A stretch of DNA of 62,011 bases from Rhodothermales bacterium (GTDB lineage Bacteria; Bacteroidota; Rhodothermia; Rhodothermales; JABDKH01). Where the stretch lies: NCBI GenBank assembly GCA_013002345.1, contig JABDKH010000096.1:1-62011 (forward strand), in the 5' to 3' direction. The notes under the pieces were generated by a model, which was given only the letters and a program-made list of their open reading frames with translations, searched no databases and had not been told where the DNA came from. The position numbers were made by a program, and so were the translations under genes. Numbering within the stretch: the stretch's first letter is position 1; every line of letters starts with the position of its first letter. Of the stretch, positions 50,179 through 59,903 are shown in pieces.

Positions 50179-51165
50179 CTACACCTTCACCCCATTGAGC
50201 CAGCTGAGCGGAACGGGTTCGCGCTTCTTGCTCATCCGATACGCACCGATCTTCTCGATCCGGTCAGGAAGGCGAGCGAGGTACTCCTGCTCTCGACCCG
50301 ACTCTCCATTGATACGAAGATCAGCTACACCGAGCCGGTCGTTAAAGTCCCTCAGAATGTCGGCATAGTCCATTGGCGTGTAGACTCCGACCTCCTGTGC
50401 TATGCTCGCAAAATTGTTGTACAGGTTCGGCGCCGGAGTCTCTCCGTCCGTCATGTAGAGCGCCGGCATGATGATGCCGTCCTTCATCAGTGCATGCCAC
50501 GACTTCAAAGCGCCTTCCGGGTCTATCTCGAACAGAGCCTTCCCCGCCGCGAAGTAGAACCTCGCGTGGCGCGCTTCGTCGCCGGCAATGCTCCGGCACA
50601 TCGTCGCCATCGTGTCGGCGTTTTCCGATTTCGCAATCTTGCCTGTATTGACGTGTGAGACCATCGTGGCGACCTCCTGAAACATCGGATAGAGTACACC
50701 CTTGTACAGATCCGCATCCTGCTCGAAGCCTCCCTTCAACAGACCGAAGATCGTCTTGTCGACGGCTTCCATGTTGACGCGCCCTGTTAACATCAGATAG
50801 TCGTTGAGGACTCGCCCGTGCATGTCCTCCTCGGCGGTCCACCCCCGCGACCACTGGTTCCATGGCCGCTCCACGATACCGGTGGGATCCGGGAAAAGCG
50901 TCGCGAGTCTCGCACCATAATTCGGGAGGGCTTCCTCGGTAATGGTGTTACCGACAATGCTCGCCAGAATGCCCGGGCCGAGCCCCTCCGCCTCCCTTCT
51001 CAATTCGGCAAGGGGTTCGTGATAATCCGGCGTCTCCATCCATGAGAAGAAATCGGACGGCCACCATTTCTTCGCGTTCATGTCTACGAGCAGGTCGAGG
51101 TTGGCTTCGACAATCGGCTCGATGGCGTTCAGAACTTCTCGTTTCGCGGGCTCAAATGTTTCCAC
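50179..51165 (-). CDS. soluble acyl-ACP desaturase (di-iron, fatty acid desaturase type 2 family)
   Basis: Di-iron ligand motifs WTAEEDMHG (EExxH) and AGDEARHARFY (DExxH). Layout resembles DesA1/stearoyl-ACP desaturases. GTG start at 51165. Confidence 0.85.
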   Translation of the reverse strand: METFEPAKREVLNAIEPIVEANLDLLVDMNAKKWWPSDFFSWMETPDYHEPLAELRREAEGLGPGILASIVGNTITEEALPNYGARLATLFPDPTGIVERPWNQWSRGWTAEEDMHGRVLNDYLMLTGRVNMEAVDKTIFGLLKGGFEQDADLYKGVLYPMFQEVATMVSHVNTGKIAKSENADTMATMCRSIAGDEARHARFYFAAGKALFEIDPEGALKSWHALMKDGIIMPALYMTDGETPAPNLYNNFASIAQEVGVYTPMDYADILRDFNDRLGVADLRINGESGREQEYLARLPDRIEKIGAYRMSKKREPVPLSWLNGVKV

Positions 51166-51684
51166 GTTGATTGAAGAGACTGGACTCCCTCAAGATTACT
51201 GTGATACGATCGTCCTCGGAGTACGTCGGACGTAATCCTGCAACCACTTCGCGCGACCTTTCGTGAGAATGCGCTCTGGCATATCTCACCATCGGTCCCG
51301 CAATCCACCTTCATCGGTTCAGCGATGACCGTTCCGTATGGTCCTGCGCAACAAGGTGAAGGGACCACGCTCGGAACCGGCGCTGTGTCCTACGAACAAG
51401 CCGAAAATAATGGACTCGTGCCGGGAACGCCAGTCGAACGAGCCCCAAGTGCCTGTGGGCTGGGAAAATCAAATTCGCGCCGGGTTCGGGAACCCGTGTC
51501 AGGTCGATACAACGACGAACGGTGAGTGGGCCAGTGTCTCGTGACCGCGGGCACTGCGACGGTCCACCAGGCGGAGTTGCGGAGTGCCGGAAAACAAAGT
51601 GATTGACCTCTGCTCGTCTGGCTCTATCCGGCGCTGCTCGCTCATCGGCAGCCAGGACGCCGGAAGTGAAAAAACCGCAAACAG

Positions 51685-51715
51685 AAAAAGGCCCGGCCGT
51701 TGGGCCGAGCCTTTT
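51685..51715 (-). terminator. rho-independent terminator after the RRM-protein gene (symmetric A-run/T-run flanks)
   Basis: Plus strand AAAAA-GGCCCGGCC-GTTG-GGCCGAGCC-TTTT gives a 9-bp stem with one mismatch. Lies 22 nt downstream of the stop codon at 51737. Confidence 0.7.
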
Positions 51716-51736
51716 CCGACAGAAAGCCTGCGGAGT

Positions 51737-52003
51737 CTAGTAGCGACCCTGCGAGCGCTGCTCGCGTGCTCTGGCCTCATTGACCTTCAGCGTACGACCG
51801 CCAAGATCCTGACCATTGAGCCCCTGGAGAGCATTCTGTGCCTCGGCGTCATTGGGCATTTCGACGAAGCCGAAACCACGAGAATCTCCCGTGAACTTGT
51901 CCTTGATGACCGCGGCCGAACTAACGGACCCGTATTCCTCAAATGCTTCTCTGAGTTCGGATTCCGTGGTTGCGTGCGGCAGATTGCCTACGTAGATATT
52001 CAT
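51737..52003 (-). CDS. RRM-type RNA-binding protein
   Basis: RNP2 IYVGNL and RNP1 RGFGFVEM. 88 aa. Confidence 0.9.
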   Translation of the reverse strand: MNIYVGNLPHATTESELREAFEEYGSVSSAAVIKDKFTGDSRGFGFVEMPNDAEAQNALQGLNGQDLGGRTLKVNEARAREQRSQGRY

Positions 52004-52506
52004 TAACCTAAACCTGATAAGATCGCATCAGCTTACCGCCAAATGAAAAAGCTTCCAACCTACTTCGTGGACGCGTATACATCCTGTGGGCTGAAAGCTT
52101 GAGTCGGCCGCCGATACGAATAACGTGAGGTAGTTGCACGTAGTACTGAATGAAAGGTTCCCTCGCTGTACGCGAATCTCCAGATCGGAGTCTAGCGGCC
52201 TGTTCCCCCGCCATTCGTGCAGGGTCAGCCGACCATCCAAAACCCCAGACAGGGCTCTTGGGGCAGCAGTTTCGGGCCACGGCGCGGCAATGGACCGAGC
52301 CGAATCGCTGCTCCAGGCTATGTTCAAGAATTCTGGGCCGATGCGCCGGCACCTTCAATCCGTCCTGAAAGGATATCGCTTCGGACCTCGACAAGCGAAA
52401 CACGGCAACTTTGAGCCGCCAACGGCATTGTTTCCATGATCGTCGTGCTCGTGACGGTTCCTGCTACGTTCCGGGCCCGTACCGACTGTGGATCAAAGCT
52501 GATAGA

Positions 52507-55047
52507 ATGATGATTCGCAACCATATGCGTCATTTCCGGAACTACCTAGACTTCCGGGGAGCTCCCGCCACTGGCATCAGCACACTGATCCTTTTATTGC
52601 TGACTCCGTACCTGGCGACCGGCCAGGCCCTCGTCATTAACGAGTTCATGGCGGCGAATGACGCGACCGTCGCCGACCCGGACTTCGGCGAGTACGCGGA
52701 CTGGCTGGAGATCCACAATCCAGGCTCGGCATCTGTCGACCTCAGTGACCTGTTCCTTTCGGACGACCTTGCCGCTCCGCTGAAGTGGCGCTTCCCCGCT
52801 ACTCTGACCATCAAATCAAAAGGCTACGCCGTCATCTGGGCCGATGGCATGGACACCGGCCTCCACACCAGCTTCCGCCTCGCTGCCGCCGGTGAAGCCA
52901 TTGGATTGTTTGATGCGGCCGGCAATGCCATCGACGTCATCACGTTCGGTCCCCAGACTGCCGACGTCTCGTTCGGCCGAAGTCCGGACGCCTCCACAGA
53001 AATGCGCTTCTTTGATCAGCCGACGCCGGGTGCACCGAACCCCGAATCCGGCTTCCTGGGAATCGCCGATGCTCCTGCCTTCAGCCCGACGGCAGGAATC
53101 TACACGGCGGCGACATCCGTCAGCATTTCAAGCAGCCTGCAGGGAGCTACCGTTCGCTTCACGACGGACGGATCGCCACCCACGCCTACTTCCGAGGTCT
53201 ACGAGTCTTCTGTTTCGGTCTTTGCGACAACGGTTATCCGCGCCGCGGTGTTCAAGGACGGATATCTTCCAGGCACGGTCGCGACGCACTCGTACCTGAT
53301 CGGGGAATCGAGGTCCCTGCCGGTCGTGTCGCTATCTACGGATCCTGCCAACTTCTTCGATGATCAGATCGGCATCTACGTGGAGGGAACGAACGGGATT
53401 CCAGGTTACTGCCGATCCGTTCCGCTGAACTGGAATCAAGATTGGGAACGCCCGATACACGTGGAGTTTTTCGAGCCCGACGGCTCTATGGGATTCAGTA
53501 TCGATGCAGGCGTCAAGATCCACGGGGGGTGCACCCGTCTCTATCCCCAGAAGTCGCTGGCGATTTACGCCCGGAGCAGCTACGGTGCATCCCGAATCGA
53601 TTATCCGGTTTTCGAAACCACTGGCCTCTCGTCGTACAACAATCTGGTCCTGCGATCGTCCGCGCAGGACTGGTGGCGGTCCATGTTTCGGGACGGCATG
53701 ATTCAGACCGTGATCGGCCAGGGCATGCAGATTGAGACTCAGGCGTACCGGCCCGCCGTAGTATTCCTCAATGGCGAGTACTGGGGCATTCACAACCTGC
53801 GAGAAAAACAGAACGAACACTACCTCGAGGATCACTACGGTGTAGATCCAGAGGCGGTAGAAATACTCGAAGGCAATAAGGCAGATCTCCTCGGGCAGTC
53901 GGCGCACTACGATGAGATGATGGCGTTCATGTTCTCGACGGACATGACCGACCCCGCTGCACTTGACGTAATCGACAGCTACATGGATGTCGACGCTTAC
54001 ATCGACTACCTGGTCGCAGAAATTTACTCGGCGAATGCGGACTGGCCGGGCAACAACCTCAAACAGTGGAGACCGGGCACTCCCGACGGTCGTTGGCGCT
54101 GGATGATTTTTGATATGGACTTCGGGTTTGGCGGCAACGGGAACGGCCTCTTTACGAGCAATACGCTCGCTCTCGCGACCGACCCGAACGGGTCTGAATG
54201 GCCAAACCCACCGTGGTCGACGCTGCTGCTCCGAACACTTCTACAGAATCCGACCTTCCGCGGCGAGTTCATCCAGCGCTTCGCGGCGCACATGAACACG
54301 ACCTTCGCCCCCGACCGAGTCCTTCACACCATTGACAGTCTGCGGGCCGTCATCGCCGGTGAGATTCCAGCTCACAAAGAGCGCTGGCCAAAATCGATTT
54401 CCTTCACCTCGACATGGGAGGACGCAATCGATATCATGAGGGAGTTCGCGGTAAAGCGCCCATTGTTTGTTCGACCGCACTTCTATAACCACTTCGGACT
54501 CTCCGGATCATCGCGATTGACACTGCGCGTTGAGGAGCCGCAAGCCGGACACATCGACGCCGATGGCGTGCGAATGCCCGGTCCAACTTTTGAAGCCGTG
54601 TTCTTCACGGATGTCCCGGTGCGGCTGCGCGCGATTCCAGAACCGGGCTACCGCTTTGAAAGATGGGAGGGAGCCTCTGCGTCGGCGACCGACACGACGT
54701 CTTTCGTTCTCACAGGGGATGCCACGCTGACCGCTATCTTCTCGAAGGATGGATCCTCTACCAATATCACGGCAGAGGTACCGGGGACAGATCGCCTGCA
54801 TCAGAACTATCCAAATCCGTTTGCCGAACGAACACAAATCGACTTCGAGCTGACGCATCCTACTCCAGTCAGCATCCGGGTGTACGACGTCCTGGGTCGA
54901 TGCGTAGCGACGCTTGTGGACGCCAGCCGTTCGACCGGAGAACACTCCGTCACTTTCGATGGAAGCCGCTTCACCACAGGTGTCTACTACTACGTGCTGC
55001 GGACGGACTATATCGCCGTCACGAAGCGAATGCTGCTGGTCCGGTGA
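52507..55047 (+). CDS. CotH kinase-family protein with lamin-tail (LTD) domain and T9SS C-terminal sorting domain
   Basis: LTD: LVINEFMAAN..DWLEIHNPG..VDLSDLFLSDD. Chitobiase/Fn3-associated-like block ATVRFTTDGS.PT. CotH core: LRSSAQDW..MRD, AVVFLNGEYWGIHNLREK, DYL.AEIY..N.DWP.NN. CTD from 54808. The start is uncertain (52507 or 52525). Confidence 0.85.
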   Translation: MMIRNHMRHFRNYLDFRGAPATGISTLILLLLTPYLATGQALVINEFMAANDATVADPDFGEYADWLEIHNPGSASVDLSDLFLSDDLAAPLKWRFPATLTIKSKGYAVIWADGMDTGLHTSFRLAAAGEAIGLFDAAGNAIDVITFGPQTADVSFGRSPDASTEMRFFDQPTPGAPNPESGFLGIADAPAFSPTAGIYTAATSVSISSSLQGATVRFTTDGSPPTPTSEVYESSVSVFATTVIRAAVFKDGYLPGTVATHSYLIGESRSLPVVSLSTDPANFFDDQIGIYVEGTNGIPGYCRSVPLNWNQDWERPIHVEFFEPDGSMGFSIDAGVKIHGGCTRLYPQKSLAIYARSSYGASRIDYPVFETTGLSSYNNLVLRSSAQDWWRSMFRDGMIQTVIGQGMQIETQAYRPAVVFLNGEYWGIHNLREKQNEHYLEDHYGVDPEAVEILEGNKADLLGQSAHYDEMMAFMFSTDMTDPAALDVIDSYMDVDAYIDYLVAEIYSANADWPGNNLKQWRPGTPDGRWRWMIFDMDFGFGGNGNGLFTSNTLALATDPNGSEWPNPPWSTLLLRTLLQNPTFRGEFIQRFAAHMNTTFAPDRVLHTIDSLRAVIAGEIPAHKERWPKSISFTSTWEDAIDIMREFAVKRPLFVRPHFYNHFGLSGSSRLTLRVEEPQAGHIDADGVRMPGPTFEAVFFTDVPVRLRAIPEPGYRFERWEGASASATDTTSFVLTGDATLTAIFSKDGSSTNITAEVPGTDRLHQNYPNPFAERTQIDFELTHPTPVSIRVYDVLGRCVATLVDASRSTGEHSVTFDGSRFTTGVYYYVLRTDYIAVTKRMLLVR
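54808..55044 (+). other. T9SS C-terminal sorting domain of the CotH protein
   Basis: YPNPFAERTQIDFELTHPTPVSIRVYDVLGRCVATLVD..GVYYYVLRTDYIAVTKRMLLVR at the extreme C-terminus. Confidence 0.8.
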
Positions 55048-55152
55048 ACGCGTCAAGCCGGTGAGTATGTGGTCCGCACGAACGACCCGCGGGCCACACG
55101 TCCGGACAGCGCACGTCAGAGCTCGGTCCCCTGCCCGGTCCACGAGAAGCCG

Positions 55153-55178
55153 AAAACCCGGCATCCGAGGATGCCGGG
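55153..55178 (-). terminator. rho-independent terminator after the HMGL-like gene
   Basis: Plus strand AAAA-CCCGGCATC-CGAG-GATGCCGGG. On the minus strand this is a 9-bp stem followed by TTTT, about 40 nt downstream of the stop codon at 55218. Confidence 0.7.
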
Positions 55179-55217
55179 CTTGACCGATCGTTCAGCTCTA
55201 AGCCATGGCGAGGCAGA

Positions 55218-56639
55218 TCACGCACCGTTGGCGTGGTATTTCTCCCAGTATTCGGGCATCAGCTCGTGCACCTTCTGCTCGAGCTCCTCGTCGCTGATAG
55301 CCGTGATTCGCCCGTCGACCTCATACTGATCCATCACCCATCGGGCGACCTTGTGGATCTTGATCTTGCTGATCCGATCCTTCCCCTTCAACCCGAAGAA
55401 CTCATTCACCCAGAGCGCAATACCATCCGCACCGCTCTTGTCCGTGATGGCCACGCGAGGTGGAAGACCCAGAAGCTTGCCGGTGTCGAAGATGTTATAG
55501 ATCCGCTCGTCACTTCGGAGTCCGCCGGCATGGATTCCGGCACGTGTCGTATTGAAGTACTTCCCGACGAACGGATAGTTATCCGCGATCGGAAGACCTA
55601 TTGACTTCATATACTCGGCCGCTTCCGTGATGGCCTCGGTATTGATTCCACAAAGATCTTCCTTCAGCGCGATGTACTCCATGAGTGCACCTTCAACCGG
55701 CGGATTGCCCGTTCGCTCTCCGTATCCGAACAGGGTCCCGTTGTTCGCGTCGCAGCCATACAGCCACGCCGTCGTACCATTGATGTGAACCTTGTGGAAG
55801 TCGTTGTGCCCGTGCCATTCCAGTCTGTCGCTCGGAACGCCGCATTCCTGGTTCAGCTTGTACACCATCTTGGGAATGCTGCGTGGTAGCTGAGCACCTG
55901 GATAGCTGATCCCGAATCCCATCGTGTCACAGATTCGGATCTTGACCGACAGCTCATCCGGAACCTGTTCGCTCATCTTCATCAGCCTGTCGACGAACGG
56001 CAATACGAAGCCATCCCAGTCCGCCCTGGTGATATCCTCCAAGTGACAGCGCGGTCGCACTCCTGCCTCGAACGCCGCTTCGACCACCTCGCAGTAGCTG
56101 TCCATGCACTCCTTGCGGCTCTTGAATTTCAGCTTGTTGAAGATGTGAAAGTCGGAGCTGCTAGTGAGCATCCCGGTCTCCTTCAGACCCGCTTCTTTCA
56201 CCAGTCGAAAATCCCCCTTCACGGCACGGATCCATCCCGTGCATTCGGGATAGCGATGGCCGAGCGCTCGACATTTGTCCAACGTCTCGCGGTCGTTCTT
56301 TGTGTACAGAAAGAACTCGGTCTGCCGGATAACGCCGTTCGGCCCGCCCATCTTTGCGAGAAGATCGTACAGGTGAACCATCTGCTCTACGGAGTACGGA
56401 GGCCGCGCCTGCTGCCCATCCCGAAACGTCGTGTCGGTAATGAATATGTCCCGCTTCTTCGTGTCCTCCGGATCGAAGATCACCTGCTTCCCGTCGATGT
56501 ACTCGACAATCGGACCATCGAACTTGATCAGCGGCGGCAGATCGTAGTTGAATGTGTCGTCCAGTAAATTTGGTTCGGTCGTGTTGACCAGGGGATGCGG
56601 CCTGCGCGCAGCAGCCTTGTGCATCTCTTCTACTTGCAT
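55218..56639 (-). CDS. HMGL-like (DRE-TIM metallolyase) condensing enzyme of the LeuA/NifV/Re-citrate-synthase family
   Basis: ITDTTFRDGQQ and WHGHNDFH metal-ligand motifs and GERTGN. Substrate specificity cannot be assigned by eye. Confidence 0.8.
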   Translation of the reverse strand: MQVEEMHKAAARRPHPLVNTTEPNLLDDTFNYDLPPLIKFDGPIVEYIDGKQVIFDPEDTKKRDIFITDTTFRDGQQARPPYSVEQMVHLYDLLAKMGGPNGVIRQTEFFLYTKNDRETLDKCRALGHRYPECTGWIRAVKGDFRLVKEAGLKETGMLTSSSDFHIFNKLKFKSRKECMDSYCEVVEAAFEAGVRPRCHLEDITRADWDGFVLPFVDRLMKMSEQVPDELSVKIRICDTMGFGISYPGAQLPRSIPKMVYKLNQECGVPSDRLEWHGHNDFHKVHINGTTAWLYGCDANNGTLFGYGERTGNPPVEGALMEYIALKEDLCGINTEAITEAAEYMKSIGLPIADNYPFVGKYFNTTRAGIHAGGLRSDERIYNIFDTGKLLGLPPRVAITDKSGADGIALWVNEFFGLKGKDRISKIKIHKVARWVMDQYEVDGRITAISDEELEQKVHELMPEYWEKYHANGA

Positions 56640-56805
56640 GGGATTACTCCTCGCGCGACCGCAACGTCGATTACCTCGATCGACGAATCGGGACGTGCGA
56701 TATTTGCTATGCTCTCAAACATCCTGGGTGGATACCGTAGCAGCCAGGCGCTCCGATAACTTTTGTGCGCTACCGCCAGGTCGTGTGGCAGGTACTATCG
56801 AACCG

Positions 56806-57060
56806 TCAGACTTCCACGCCCTGTTCCACGCAGACGCGTGTTATGAATTCGACGGCCCCGCCAACCGTATCGACGGATAGAGCGGCATCCTCGTCCATCT
56901 CAATACCGAACGCCTCCTCGAAGTTGGCAACCAGCTCGATGGACTGCACACTCTCGGCCCCGAGATCCAGCGCGAAGTTAGAATCCGACTTGATTTCGCT
57001 CGGATCCAACCGCAAGACCCGGGCCGTGACGGCCATAACTTTCTCTTCGACATTCGCCAT
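56806..57060 (-). CDS. acyl carrier protein (atypical, stand-alone)
   Basis: 84 aa with a four-helix ACP layout. Phosphopantetheine-site context FALDLGAESVQSIELV instead of the canonical DLGADSLD. ATG lies 9 nt after the upstream stop codon. Confidence 0.75.
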   Translation of the reverse strand: MANVEEKVMAVTARVLRLDPSEIKSDSNFALDLGAESVQSIELVANFEEAFGIEMDEDAALSVDTVGGAVEFITRVCVEQGVEV

Positions 57061-57069
57061 ATGGTTTTC

Positions 57070-58359
57070 CTAGTTGTGTTTGTTCGTAAGGACGCGACGC
57101 CCCTTCTTGATAGCATCATTTCTTGCAGGAGCCGTGAGATCGAAAACGGCTTCCCACATCGCCTCCTGCCCTTCCGTCCACTCTCGCCCCCGGCGGCCCA
57201 TCGCGATCCGCGCCGTGTCGTAGAGTTTTCGTTTTCCAAATCCCTTTGTTACGACGCCCTCCAGAAACCAGGCAAACGAAGGAATGAACTTCGGCAGTGG
57301 CTTGCCCGTCCCTGCGATCAGCGCCATCGAGCCGACATAGGCACCCGTGTTGAAAAGCGTTCCAATGGATGTCTTCGTATGGTCGCCGATGAGCGACCCG
57401 ACTTTGCGTGATCCCGTCGGAATGGCCCTGCGTCCATCCAGAACCACCGACACATCGGAGTAGTCGTTCTTCAGGTCGCTGTTGGTCGTAAGTGCGCCCA
57501 GGTTCACCCACTCGCCCACGTACGCGTGACCGAGAAATCCGTCGTGGTACTTGTTCGAATACCCGTGGACGATCGACTCTTCCACCTCGCCTCCGATCCT
57601 GCACATCGGCCCAATGGAGTTTCCTTCACGACACTTGGCGCCCAGCAAGATCGAGTTCTTGCCAACGTAGCAGGGGCCCTCGATACGACTGAACGGATGG
57701 ATTTCCGCCCCTTCGTCGATGTAGATGGGGCCGTGCTCAGCATCAAGCACTACCATGGGGTGCACGACGACACCGGGTGCGATAAAGACATCGTTCTTAC
57801 TGCCTCGAATGGCATTCGGCTGCTCCACTTTACCCTCAATTCCACTCATTCCGGCAGCGCGAAAGTCCCGGGTCAACTGGTCCGGGTTTTCCAGGATCAA
57901 CTCCCACGTGTAATTCCAGATTTCCACCGGCAGGTCGACTCGCCGAAGGGTGTCCGCGGCCGACTTCAGCACGGCTTCGATGGACTGGCTCGACTTCGTG
58001 TCCCGATCCATTTGCGAGATCCGTGCGACCAGCACGTTGCCGTCGTCGCTGAGTACGACGCCGCCGGGTGGCAGCTTGTCGACTTCCAGGCTCTGAGCCT
58101 TGACTCGCCCATCAACGAGGAGTATGTCCTCACCGGCCAGCACACTTACATCGTTCACGGGCCGATCTGTCGTCTCCATGTAGGCGTCAGCCATGTAGGG
58201 CGGTACAAAGGCGGCCACATCGACCGCGCCCGTTCGCTGAACAATTTTGTCACCGAGAGAGGTCATTCCGCACCGCAGTTCCCAGATGGGACGGCTGAGC
58301 GCCAGCGGATCGAATGACATTCGCCCGTCTCCGGGCAGATCAAAGAGAATGAGTCTCAT
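57070..58359 (-). CDS. GlmU-like putative sugar nucleotidyltransferase with left-handed beta-helix (hexapeptide) acyltransferase domain
   Basis: Start trimmed to MRLILFD..PLALSRPIWELRCGMTSLGDKI, the N-terminus typical of the alt-GlmU / NTP_transf_4 family as recalled. Hexapeptide-repeat region IYIDEGAEIHPFSRIEGPCYVGKNSILLGAKCREGNSIGPMCRIGGEV. Confidence 0.75.
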   Translation of the reverse strand: MRLILFDLPGDGRMSFDPLALSRPIWELRCGMTSLGDKIVQRTGAVDVAAFVPPYMADAYMETTDRPVNDVSVLAGEDILLVDGRVKAQSLEVDKLPPGGVVLSDDGNVLVARISQMDRDTKSSQSIEAVLKSAADTLRRVDLPVEIWNYTWELILENPDQLTRDFRAAGMSGIEGKVEQPNAIRGSKNDVFIAPGVVVHPMVVLDAEHGPIYIDEGAEIHPFSRIEGPCYVGKNSILLGAKCREGNSIGPMCRIGGEVEESIVHGYSNKYHDGFLGHAYVGEWVNLGALTTNSDLKNDYSDVSVVLDGRRAIPTGSRKVGSLIGDHTKTSIGTLFNTGAYVGSMALIAGTGKPLPKFIPSFAWFLEGVVTKGFGKRKLYDTARIAMGRRGREWTEGQEAMWEAVFDLTAPARNDAIKKGRRVLTNKHN

Positions 58360-58868
58360 CGGCGTGGAGGTGGTCGGTTGGTGGAATCTGCCCGGGGCCC
58401 GGTTTCCTGCATATACAATCTCGTAAAAAAAACCTTGTGCTCGCCATAGTGTTTGTCGGGATAACCCTGAAAACTCTTCACGGCAGGCCCTACAGAAAGG
58501 ACGCGAGTGCCCCAATCGCAGCCCTTCACAGCAATTTGATCGGATACCCGCCAATCAAGAGCTTCGGCGACCACGCCCGTCCGGCACAAACTTCAACATG
58601 GTTGTGATAAGGTCATCCACGGTCTTGATTAATACCTTGTCGTGCCTCCGTCAACTGACAAATCGGAATAGCCTGGCCTATAGCGCCTTCGTTGCCGCCA
58701 TTCACTTTGACTCGACATCGATGCGCGGAACTGCCAGGAACTAAGAAAGGCAACATGGAACGTAGCGAAGTGCGTCGCGGCTTGGCCGGAAAAACTCCAG
58801 CCGGCGCGATCGGTCGACCCCGAAGACCGTGCAAGACCGGGTTTCTCAGTTCGATCATATGAACGACC

Positions 58869-59903
58869 ATGACCCCTTCATCCATTAGCTGGCAGAAAAT
58901 TACCTTGCAGCTGCGAAGTCCCTTCGGCCTGTCGTACGGCATAAGCGACACACGTGTCGCCTATCTGATTCGGCTGGCCAATGACGAGGGCCTGGGCGAA
59001 GGAACGATCCCGCCGTACTACGGCATCGAGCCGGACTCAATGACGGCTTTCTGGGATGCGGCCGGCGAGAAGAACGAACCGTTCCCCGACGACGTCGAGC
59101 AGATTGATGGCTGGATTGGCGCCGAGGGTCCGCCGCCGGCACGATGCGCGCTCAGTCTGGCTTTGCACGATCGAATCGCCCGACGAAAGAAAAAAACACT
59201 TCATAAATTACTTGAACTCCCGACCCCAACATCCCTTTCCACATCATATACAATCGGTCTGGATTCGCCGGAAGAAATGGCTCGCGTGGCCTCGCAAACA
59301 TCGGGTTTCCCGATTCTGAAATTGAAACTCGGGTCGGACGGCGATCTCGATCGGTTCATGGCCGTGAGACAGGTTCGCCCTGACGCAGAGCTTTACGTGG
59401 ATGCCAATGCCGGCTGGACGCGAGAGGTCGCCGTGAAGAACGTCCGCGCCATGGGAGACTACGGCCTCGCCCTTGCCGAGCAGCCCGTATCAAAGGATGA
59501 CATAGAGGGACTGGGCTGGGTGCAGTCGCGGGTGGGTGTCCCCGTAGTGGCCGACGAATCGCTGCAGTCACTCGCCGATGTAGACGTCCTGGCTGCCGCG
59601 GGCGTGACGGGCGTGAATGTCAAACTGATGAAGCTTGGGGGGCTCGGGCCCGCCCTCACCGCGATCCGACGCGCTCGTGAACTCGGCCTTCGGATTATGC
59701 TCGGGTGCATGGTCGAAACGTCGCTCGGTGTCACAGCCATGGCACACCTTGCCGGCCTCGCCGACTGGCTCGACCTCGACCCGCCCTTCCTGATCAGCAA
59801 CGACCCGATCGACGGCCTCACATACGATGACGAGGCACGGATTCATCTACCCAACCGACCTGGAATCGGGGCCCGCCTTCGTGGAGAGATTGGAGGCGAC
59901 TGA
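58869..59903 (+). CDS. dipeptide epimerase (L-Ala-D/L-Glu epimerase-like), enolase superfamily
   Basis: MLE-subgroup motifs ILKLKLG (KxK), VDANAGW, LAEQP, VVADES, NVKLMKLGG. Confidence 0.8.
   Translation: MTPSSISWQKITLQLRSPFGLSYGISDTRVAYLIRLANDEGLGEGTIPPYYGIEPDSMTAFWDAAGEKNEPFPDDVEQIDGWIGAEGPPPARCALSLALHDRIARRKKKTLHKLLELPTPTSLSTSYTIGLDSPEEMARVASQTSGFPILKLKLGSDGDLDRFMAVRQVRPDAELYVDANAGWTREVAVKNVRAMGDYGLALAEQPVSKDDIEGLGWVQSRVGVPVVADESLQSLADVDVLAAAGVTGVNVKLMKLGGLGPALTAIRRARELGLRIMLGCMVETSLGVTAMAHLAGLADWLDLDPPFLISNDPIDGLTYDDEARIHLPNRPGIGARLRGEIGGD

Noticed and set aside
51166-51684. Possible structured RNA gene (RNase P, tmRNA, SRP RNA, 6S or cobalamin riboswitch) in the long gap upstream of the desaturase.
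   Set aside because: I found none of the universally conserved blocks on either strand: GAGGAAAGUCC and ACAGAA.CCGGCUUA for RNase P, the GGUUCGA..CCACCA end for tmRNA, the GGAA/AGCA domain IV for SRP, or a B12 box. It is kept only as an unexplained leader.
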